DNA of 64,000 nucleotides from a virus: IMG/VR virus record IMGVR_UViG_3300017927_000001; one strand, 5' to 3'. Shown piece by piece: positions 57,246 to 64,000 of this stretch (position 1 is its first letter; each line of letters starts with the position of its first letter). The notes under the pieces were generated by a model. It saw only the letters and a program-made list of their open reading frames with translations, ran no database searches and was not told where the DNA came from. The position numbers and the translations under genes were made by a program.

Positions 57246-59914
57246 CGGTCTTGGTCCTTTGCCTTGATATAGGTCTTGGTTGCCAGTGTGTTCGACACAG
57301 CCGGCCTCGACTCCGCAACACGAGCATTGAACGGATTGCCGTAGATGAACGCCAGTTGGCTCAGCGCAACGGTATCGAGGAGCACAATAACTTCTGCCAA
57401 GTCTGCCTGGAGCTGCTGCACTACGGAAAGCAGCTCGCTGAGGTTCCCAAGCTCTCCAAGAGCTACAGCCTCGACAGCCGTGGCCGACAGGCTATCCAGC
57501 AGGGCTCCTGCTTCTGACAGGCTGGACAGGAATTGGGAAACCCCGGAAATCGCATCAGCGAGGGAAACCGACTCCGATATGGACATCGAAGCTGATAGGA
57601 GGCCGGACTCCGTATCGGATAGTGTTCCATGCTCAGAGACGTCGTATGTGTTCTGCGTCGACCCTGTGATGGTATCCGATACGATAATCGCTTCGGAGAG
57701 TGAACCAAAGGATGTGAGAATCGCTATTGACGTATCAGCGGGGCTGGCAGATTCAGCGGTAGTCTGCGAACTCGTATTAGCCGCTGAAGTTGATTCGACA
57801 GGGCTTCCCGACTCGGAGGTCGATCCAACAGTAGTACGCAGCGCGGAGTTCGTATCTGAGGGAGTTCCGGTTTCTGCCGTGGCTATTGCCGCTGTCATCT
57901 GGGCAGACTGTGTATCCGTGAGGGACGCTACCTCGCTAACCGTATCGGCCACCGTTCGCAACGCGCTCTCTGTATCTACCGGAGATCCGGACTCCAGTTC
58001 GCTCAAGGCGTAGACGTTGCCGGCAACCGTACTCAAGTCCACAGGACTTCCGGACTCGGAGAAGGAAGCCGCAGTTACGTTGGAAGCATTGGTCGAATCA
58101 GCGGGGGCCGCAGCCTCCGCTGTTGACTGTGAGGTCGTAATCGAGACGCTGCTGGAATCTGAAGGGGTCAGCGACTCAAAAACCGAGAGGAACCAGTTAG
58201 AGATTGCTATGAGTGCGGTAGCTGGACGAGGGATGAGCGGACTCGGCCCCCATCCTGGAAGAGCTTTAGCGGCTCGGAAGAACAAACTTGTGACCGTTGC
58301 GTCAAGCGTGTCGAGTACAGTAGCGGCTTCCGCTTGGCTCAAGCTGTATGTGTTTCCTCCAATCGCAGCGGTATCGGTTGCCGTGGCCGATTCGGTCTCA
58401 GCTACGTTCCAGGTTCCGGTTGCACTCAGTGTATCAACAGGGGAGGCAGATTCTGCCTCCGCTGCATTCCAGGTTCCAGTGACGCTTGAGGAATCAGATG
58501 GAAACGCCGATTCCGATAAGGATGCATCCGACTGCACCGTAGCCTGAATAGAGATGGCAACCGCGTTCCACGTCGCGCTACCAGATAGCGACTGAGTGCG
58601 CGCAGTAGTCGCGCCGGCCGTTGCTTTGCTTTCATCGTTAACGCACAGTCCACAAATCGTAGTGGATGGGGCGAAGGATGCGCGGCGGGAACAGGCTGCG
58701 TTCTGCGCCGACCAAGTACGCGCTGTGCCGCTGGCAGATCCGTAGATCTCCAGTAGGAGGTCGTTGGTCTTCGTGGTCGTCTGACTTGAGGTAGCGGGGC
58801 TGGAGCTAGTACCTGTAGCAATGGTTCCCACAACGTCTGTCACTTGTCGCGTGGAGCGGTAGCACAAAAGCACAGCTGAGCTCGTAGTGGCAGAATTCGT
58901 GAGCGTCGGGGCGGATTCGGACCCAGTCGCAACCTTCATCCCTACAGTAAGCATTGGACTCGCAGTCGTGCGCTGCGCCAGCCACGCGCCTCCATACCCA
59001 GTAGGCGGGGTCGTGCTGTACGCTGTCCCGGATGTGGCTACTAGGATGAGGAGATCTCCAGCGGCGTAGCCTGCCGGAACTGCGGGGGTCGGATTCGCCC
59101 CGGTTGCGACCGCGCCAGCAGAGATGAATATCCAACCGGTAGTGCTCAGAGTATCGTCGGGAAATCCATATTCGGCTACCCGTAGAGCCGGTCCAAAATC
59201 GGTGGCATCCGTGGTGTCTGTTGGATTTGCCGTCTCGCTCGTGGAGACGTTATAGACAGCTCCGGTGCTTCCATTCAAGGTGAACTGAATGATGACAAAA
59301 TTCTCGGTGGCTCCATCCGAAGCAGTCCAGGTCGGCGTGATAGAACCGCCCGTGCCAACATAATCGCAGGTACAGAACGGCAACGTAGTTCCAGACGGGT
59401 TTCCCGACTCGCGCGTAGATGGAGTCACTCCACCATTGGCCTGTGCGGAGGGAACAACGGTTCCACCCGCAGCATCTACGCACATGGCAAACAGCACTGA
59501 GCCCACTGGAACCGTAACCGGGTTGCCGCCGATGGTAGTCCCCGGAGTAGCACGCAGAATGAATGCGGCATCGGAAACCGAGAGGACATTGAAGTATTCG
59601 TAGAAGAACCCGAATAGATTTCCCACTGCCTGCGTGTACCTCGGACTGATGGAGCCTCCGGCAGCCGACAGAAGAAGTCCTGGAGAGAACGTATTGCCGT
59701 TGTTCGTGTCGTTACTCGTGAGAGACAACCCGGTGACAGCGGGGAAGTTTCCATCGGGCACCGTGCTCGGGGTAACAGGGTCGTTCTGTCCCGAGCCACA
59801 GATTCCAATTCCTATGAGCGTGTCCCCCGCAGTGGCCGTTACCGCTCCAATAGTCAAAGGAGAAGTACCAAAGAACTCCGCTGCGGAGAATTGACGGAAT
59901 GAGGGGGTTGGCAT
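57242..59914 (-). CDS. large Ser/Thr-rich repeat protein (890 aa), probable virion fiber/minor structural protein
   Basis: Two related N-terminal beta-type domains (..GDTLIGIGICGSG.. and ..AGDLLILVATSG..PPTGYGG..). Then about 13 degenerate repeats of the type [SA]E[ST]x[ST]PxD[TS]xSA. Helical C-terminus. Confidence 0.6.
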   Translation of the reverse strand: MPTPSFRQFSAAEFFGTSPLTIGAVTATAGDTLIGIGICGSGQNDPVTPSTVPDGNFPAVTGLSLTSNDTNNGNTFSPGLLLSAAGGSISPRYTQAVGNLFGFFYEYFNVLSVSDAAFILRATPGTTIGGNPVTVPVGSVLFAMCVDAAGGTVVPSAQANGGVTPSTRESGNPSGTTLPFCTCDYVGTGGSITPTWTASDGATENFVIIQFTLNGSTGAVYNVSTSETANPTDTTDATDFGPALRVAEYGFPDDTLSTTGWIFISAGAVATGANPTPAVPAGYAAGDLLILVATSGTAYSTTPPTGYGGAWLAQRTTASPMLTVGMKVATGSESAPTLTNSATTSSAVLLCYRSTRQVTDVVGTIATGTSSSPATSSQTTTKTNDLLLEIYGSASGTARTWSAQNAACSRRASFAPSTTICGLCVNDESKATAGATTARTQSLSGSATWNAVAISIQATVQSDASLSESAFPSDSSSVTGTWNAAEAESASPVDTLSATGTWNVAETESATATDTAAIGGNTYSLSQAEAATVLDTLDATVTSLFFRAAKALPGWGPSPLIPRPATALIAISNWFLSVFESLTPSDSSSVSITTSQSTAEAAAPADSTNASNVTAASFSESGSPVDLSTVAGNVYALSELESGSPVDTESALRTVADTVSEVASLTDTQSAQMTAAIATAETGTPSDTNSALRTTVGSTSESGSPVESTSAANTSSQTTAESASPADTSIAILTSFGSLSEAIIVSDTITGSTQNTYDVSEHGTLSDTESGLLSASMSISESVSLADAISGVSQFLSSLSEAGALLDSLSATAVEAVALGELGNLSELLSVVQQLQADLAEVIVLLDTVALSQLAFIYGNPFNARVAESRPAVSNTLATKTYIKAKDQDR

Positions 59915-59915
59915 T

Positions 59916-62252
59916 TTATGGGGCGCTCTTCAGCACGAGTACCCAATCAGTGTCGCCCTGCGAATTGTTTCCTGGCACGGTGAAGCTGTGCGTTCCGGAA
60001 GCGTTGAAGGGCGAGCCGGTGATAGTGCGGTAAGCTGGAGTAGAGCTGCTTGGGTCATACCAGTAGGCATTGACATGAGTCCCATAGCCGGTGAGCTGTG
60101 ACAGCGCCACGGTGGCACTGCCGCTGTCCACATAGACCAGCGCGAACGTGTTGTCGGATGCCTTGGCACCCCAAGCATTGGAGCCGCTGCCGGACGTTAC
60201 GAAGGAGCCGGTGTAGTCAGGAACAAGCTTCTGCCACGGGTAGGTGCTCAGCAGGTTCTTCGCCATCGGCTCCGGCTGACCCGGACTGCCCAGCGCCGTG
60301 GTCCAGGTGCCGTACACCGGGAAGTTCCCGGTTCCTCCCATCGGCCATACCGACTCATTACCGTGACACGAACCAGCCACGCCCCACAGGTAAGAAATCC
60401 ACTGCGGCTCGCGGAACTGCTGTGTGTCCTGCGGCGGCGCCGTCGTGTATTCGTACACGTTGTCCAGGTTGAAGGTCGGGATCGCCTTCTGGCCCCATGC
60501 CGTGTGGAGCTTGGTGGCGATGTCGGTGGTCTCGGTGTAGACAGAGTTGATGTTGCACCACGAGTAAGCCCCGTACACCGAGTAGGTAGAGGTGTCGGTC
60601 GAGTCCGTGTGCGCGCCCTGCATCGCAGTCGGGTCAGCCAGCAGCACGCGGCTTGCCATGTCGTCCACTATCCCGAGCGAGGGCGGGTGGTAGTCACCGC
60701 CCCAAATGAATATCACGTTGCCAAACTTCGAGCTCGCGTATCTGTTCCCGAGGAACGTGCCGTAGGCTTGCCGCTGCGCCTGACTGTTCGCATTGACCGT
60801 CGCATACCAGCCTTGCCAACCTCCACCGAAGCCGAGGTAGGCCGGGAACAGGAACACGACCATGCCCTTGGACTTGGCGTAGTTGATAACCGCGTCCAGG
60901 TGTGCCCAATAGGGCTCACTCGGCGTGGACATGTCTAGGTACCCGCCAGCTACAGTTCCCGTGAAGGGAACGTTGCCAGTAGCGTCCGCGTAGTACGGAG
61001 TATGTGTCGAAAACGCCTGCGGCAGAAGCGCCATGACAAGGGATGCAGTGTAGCCACGCGCGGCCCTGTCATCGAAGTATTGCTGCGCTTGCGACATCGC
61101 GCACTCGGCCGACACAAGCCAGCCGGAATCATTGGTAAGCGGGAACGGCACACCGGCAGCGTCTTGAAGATACCGGCCTCCCGAAGCTATGGATACCGGA
61201 AACTGGACTATTGGGTCTCCATCAGGTTCGGACTGCATCGAGACCCAGAAGTCCGACGTCTTGAAGCTGGCGTCGGGTGTAGCCGCGAAGTCGATCTCGA
61301 AGCCGGCATTGACCACTGTTAGGTACCAGCTTGGATCTATCACTGGAGTAGTGACTACAGTTCCTCCAGCGTAGTGAATAGCGGCGCCGAAGTCGTCGAG
61401 CGGATTACTCGAAGCCAGCCACGCGGTGATGGCTCCAACATCGTGGATGCAGTTATTCTGCCCCCACAGCAGCGGGTTCGGGCGCGCGGGGTCGGTGAAC
61501 ATGGTCGGAGTAGGGAACATCGTGATGGTGTGCCCGCCGGCCTGATTGAAGTGCGAGGCGTCGATGATAACGACGTACTGGATTCCGTTAAACGTCTTGA
61601 GGCAGTAATTCGAGCCCGATATCACCAGCGCCCAGAATCCCGAGGTCGTAGCGCCTTGCCCAGTCAATGGCTGATCCATGATCATCTGCATGATCTGTAG
61701 ATCGACCTGCGGATACCAAGCCGAGCTCGGTGGGTTGGCGACCGTGTGGTAATAGATGTCTATGAGCGCGTCCCAGCGGCTGAAGGCGTTGCCCACGTTT
61801 GGAGTGGTAGGAGTAAGCCCAATGTTCCATTTCACCTTGCACTTGGTCAGCGCAGAGACCTGGATGCCCATGCCCGAGAGCGTTGTCCAGTTCGGATTGC
61901 CACCTCCTCCTGGAAGCCATCCGGAGGTAGACCTCACTTGCATCAGGTTGTCGTTGTTCGACCAGCCCCGGCTCGCGTTCGGATAGCAGCCAATAGCTCC
62001 CTGCTCACTATTGGCCCCGGTGACATCTACACCCCAACAGGTCTGATCGTTCCACCAGATGCTCTGCGTCCCTCCAAAGGGAAGCCAGTTGTCTAAATTG
62101 ACACTGTAGTTCCCGAATGGATACCAGTTGTAATTGACTGTACTCGGAGGCAGGATCGCTGTGCTCGATCCAGCGTTCTTCGCGCAGCCACTCACGACGA
62201 CCCCCGGCACTACCAGCGCCCGAGGGGGAGGGACGGAGAGGAATCTTGGCAT
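59916..62252 (-). CDS. two-domain glycoside hydrolase (N-terminal GH12-like jelly roll + DUF4038/GH140-like TIM barrel + C-terminal beta-sandwich), possible lipoprotein
   Basis: DUF4038-like: GRYLQDAAGVPFPLTNDSGW...AARGYTASLVMAL...WAHLDAVINYAKSKGMVVFLFPAYLG...NVIFIWGGDY. C-terminal: DNTFALVYVDSGSATVALSQLTGYGTHVNAYWYDPSS. N-terminal: FSRWDALIDIYYH / QVDLQIMQMI (GH12-like). Start MPRFLSVPPPRALVVPGVVVSGC has a lipobox-like VSGC. Confidence 0.65.
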   Translation of the reverse strand: MPRFLSVPPPRALVVPGVVVSGCAKNAGSSTAILPPSTVNYNWYPFGNYSVNLDNWLPFGGTQSIWWNDQTCWGVDVTGANSEQGAIGCYPNASRGWSNNDNLMQVRSTSGWLPGGGGNPNWTTLSGMGIQVSALTKCKVKWNIGLTPTTPNVGNAFSRWDALIDIYYHTVANPPSSAWYPQVDLQIMQMIMDQPLTGQGATTSGFWALVISGSNYCLKTFNGIQYVVIIDASHFNQAGGHTITMFPTPTMFTDPARPNPLLWGQNNCIHDVGAITAWLASSNPLDDFGAAIHYAGGTVVTTPVIDPSWYLTVVNAGFEIDFAATPDASFKTSDFWVSMQSEPDGDPIVQFPVSIASGGRYLQDAAGVPFPLTNDSGWLVSAECAMSQAQQYFDDRAARGYTASLVMALLPQAFSTHTPYYADATGNVPFTGTVAGGYLDMSTPSEPYWAHLDAVINYAKSKGMVVFLFPAYLGFGGGWQGWYATVNANSQAQRQAYGTFLGNRYASSKFGNVIFIWGGDYHPPSLGIVDDMASRVLLADPTAMQGAHTDSTDTSTYSVYGAYSWCNINSVYTETTDIATKLHTAWGQKAIPTFNLDNVYEYTTAPPQDTQQFREPQWISYLWGVAGSCHGNESVWPMGGTGNFPVYGTWTTALGSPGQPEPMAKNLLSTYPWQKLVPDYTGSFVTSGSGSNAWGAKASDNTFALVYVDSGSATVALSQLTGYGTHVNAYWYDPSSSTPAYRTITGSPFNASGTHSFTVPGNNSQGDTDWVLVLKSAP

Positions 62253-62255
62253 GGC

Positions 62256-62828
62256 TTACGGAACAGCGACGCTGGCAGCTTCTAGAATAAACCCGTGGCA
62301 GGTGAGGGATCCCGTTGCCACAGTCTGCGTGAAGAATGCGTCAAAGGCGTTTGGCACCGTAACGTCCACGTTGTTCCCAACCGCTGGAGCGGTGTCCGGT
62401 CCTCCAGCAACCGAGGAGAGGATCTCCCCGTTGCCTCCCACGGTTGCCAGCGGGGAGGCTATGACTGCCTCCGAGAGGAACCGGAAGAAGGACATGAAGT
62501 TCGCAGTGGAGCCCGCCGCCCGTGCGTAGAGGTAGACCTCCAACCACCATGGAACGCTCGCCTTGGCTACTACGTTGAGGTTCATCGGACCGGAATCCGC
62601 TATCACAGTTGAACCCAGTCGAATGTCGAATCTGGCAGTGCCGGGTGTGGTGACCGCACAGGAGATTCGACCATGTGCGACGACTCTCATGAAACTCGGA
62701 AGTAGAATCGGGTTGGGCGGGAAGGTGTACTTCGCCGTGACTGGCATGAATGACGCAGCGGCAGCAGCCGTGAGCGTCGGCCCGTCCCCGGAAGAGACTG
62801 CCAAGGGTGCGACGTATCCGGAAGCCAT
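62256..62828 (-). CDS. hypothetical beta-rich protein (190 aa)
   Basis: Compact spacing and a high-GC3 frame. No recognised family. Confidence 0.55.
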   Translation of the reverse strand: MASGYVAPLAVSSGDGPTLTAAAAASFMPVTAKYTFPPNPILLPSFMRVVAHGRISCAVTTPGTARFDIRLGSTVIADSGPMNLNVVAKASVPWWLEVYLYARAAGSTANFMSFFRFLSEAVIASPLATVGGNGEILSSVAGGPDTAPAVGNNVDVTVPNAFDAFFTQTVATGSLTCHGFILEAASVAVP

Positions 62829-62830
62829 CC

Positions 62831-63028
62831 TCAGCCTCCCGTCTTCTCGGTCGGAACCGCTTGCAGTTCCTCCTCTTTGAAGTACCGGGGAGTTTCACCA
62901 GACGCGTCGACCACGTGAACAAGCAGGTCCCCGGTTTCCTGATCAACCATGAAGCCGTCGACCGTGCCGGATACCGGAGCAGGCATCACCTGCTGTACTT
63001 GGTCGCCCTTCTTGAACTTTGATGCCAT
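62831..63028 (-). CDS. small hypothetical protein (65 aa)
   Basis: ATG 63028 is preceded by a strong AAGGAGG. MASKFKKGDQVQQVMPAPVSGTVDGFMVDQETGDLLVHVVDASGETPRYFKEEELQAV. The longer 217-aa ORF is an out-of-frame overlap with the upstream gene. Confidence 0.5.
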   Translation of the reverse strand: MASKFKKGDQVQQVMPAPVSGTVDGFMVDQETGDLLVHVVDASGETPRYFKEEELQAVPTEKTGG

Positions 63029-63039
63029 CGTAGTCCTCC

Positions 63040-63669
63040 TTAGATTGAGATTTGCCAGCTGACGTTGACCACGTCGGTCGGAGATACCGTCTTGTCGCCA
63101 CCGGAGAACAGGCCGGCGCTGAACAGCGTGCCAGCGGTGCTCCCAAGCGTGTTGACCGCGCCAGCACCAAGGACCAGAAAGCAGCCCTTGAGCGTACCGC
63201 CCGTGCCACCAATCGTGAACGACACTGGGGAGGTCAACGCACGAACGCGGTTGCCCGCGCCAGTCCCAGATGCGGCCGCAAAACCGCTTGCCGTGCCCCG
63301 CGTAGCTCCACCTCCGATGAACGGAGGATTGGAAGCAGACAAACACTCCTTCCAAGCATTGGTCCCATTGATCTGCGCAGCGGTATCCCCAACCTGCGGG
63401 CCGGTCGTGTAGCTGGAGGACGAGATGAGCCCCATGAACGGGCCGACCTGTGAGTAGGAGCTCGCTGTAAACCAGCCCTCCCACAGCTTCGCTCCCTCGT
63501 CCGTGATGAGGTTGTCAAACCACCCCGTATCCCATTTGAGGTTGCCGTTACGGTCCAGGCACCGAGCAAGGAACTTGCCGCACGCACGGGCTACTTCAAC
63601 CGTCTCGGCCAAGGTGGCAATCTGGATCTGGGATCCGTCCTTGGGGTGCAAATGCTCTCTGTGTTGCAT
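63040..63669 (-). CDS. hypothetical Gly-rich beta protein (209 aa)
   Basis: High-GC3 frame. No recognised family. Confidence 0.55.
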   Translation of the reverse strand: MQHREHLHPKDGSQIQIATLAETVEVARACGKFLARCLDRNGNLKWDTGWFDNLITDEGAKLWEGWFTASSYSQVGPFMGLISSSSYTTGPQVGDTAAQINGTNAWKECLSASNPPFIGGGATRGTASGFAAASGTGAGNRVRALTSPVSFTIGGTGGTLKGCFLVLGAGAVNTLGSTAGTLFSAGLFSGGDKTVSPTDVVNVSWQISI

Positions 63670-63681
63670 GTCTACTCCTTC

Positions 63682-64000
63682 TCAAAACAACGGTGGAGGA
63701 AGCCAAACCCGGTTATTTCCATAGATGAACCTCACCGAGACGCCACTCACAGTATCTATCACCACAGACTGCTCGGCCAAGCTGACCAGCGTTGCCAGCG
63801 TGCCCACTGGAATGTCCACAGCCTGCATTGGCTCTATCAGCTGTCCACCGAATACCCCAAGCACGGACAGCAAGTCGGCTGCCTGTCCGGACTCCGCAAT
63901 GTCGCACAGCGCAGTCCAGGCTTGATTTAGGGAATCCGATGCAACCATGTTCTCGAGGAACACTACCGGAACAGTGGTCTGCGCCCCAACCGTGTCGCTA
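63682..64000 (-). CDS. 3' part of a CDS that probably starts beyond the window (hypothetical)
   Basis: The frame stays open upstream of the GTG at 63963 to the window edge (...SDTVGAQTTVPVVFLENMVASD...), so the listed 93-aa ORF is likely a fragment. Confidence 0.45.
   Translation of the reverse strand, partial: SDTVGAQTTVPVVFLENMVASDSLNQAWTALCDIAESGQAADLLSVLGVFGGQLIEPMQAVDIPVGTLATLVSLAEQSVVIDTVSGVSVRFIYGNNRVWLPPPLF

Noticed and set aside
62831-63484. 217-aa minus-strand ORF
   Set aside because: Only the last 65 codons (from ATG 63028 with a strong AAGGAGG RBS) look coding. The upstream part overlaps gene 63040-63669 in another frame and is Arg/Trp/Gly-rich.

Overview
The window looks like about 64 kb of a high-GC (roughly 60% by eye, not computed) contractile-tailed dsDNA phage or prophage. 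It has two convergent arms that meet in a non-coding gap at 32336-32689.

Left arm (+ strand, 1-32335): replication, recombination and nucleotide metabolism.
- Replication: DnaB-like helicase, SNF2 helicase, Zn-finger/TOPRIM primase, a family-4 UDG-PolA fusion, a beta-clamp-like protein and a DnaX-like clamp loader.
- Recombination and repair: gp32-like SSB, RecA/UvsX-like recombinase, SbcCD-like nuclease, a PD-(D/E)xK nuclease.
- Other: MazG, a J-domain protein and an HNH homing endonuclease.
- A complete but dispersed 7-deazaguanine DNA-modification gene set: QueE, QueD, FolE, a DpdA-like transglycosylase and QueC.

Right arm (- strand, 32690-64000): late genes.
- Lysis: holin candidate and a glucosaminidase endolysin with a C-terminal transmembrane (TM) region.
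- Tail and baseplate: tail fiber, Mu/P2-like baseplate, tape measure, tail chaperone with a likely -1 frameshift, tube and sheath.
- Head: neck proteins, major capsid, decoration protein, scaffold/protease and a MuF-like head morphogenesis protein.
- A block of large unusual genes: a Ser/Thr-repeat protein and a two-domain glycoside hydrolase.

Most interesting observations:
- Two ADP-ribosyltransferase (ART) domains are built into head-assembly proteins. One is a MuF-ART fusion. The other is an unusual Nudix + ART + DUF2213 scaffold/protease fusion.
- A small AT-richer accessory island with an HTH gene sits between the MuF-ART gene and the scaffold gene. This position is analogous to the anti-CRISPR/aca loci of Mu-like phages.
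- An AT-rich, membrane-anchored orphan gene is translationally coupled to the SNF2 helicase.
- A Gly/Thr-rich module of about 50 aa recurs in the sheath, the baseplate J-like protein and the decoration protein.

No tRNA, rRNA, CRISPR array, integrase, terminase or portal was recognised in the window. All family assignments come from motifs read by eye and need HMM or structure confirmation.
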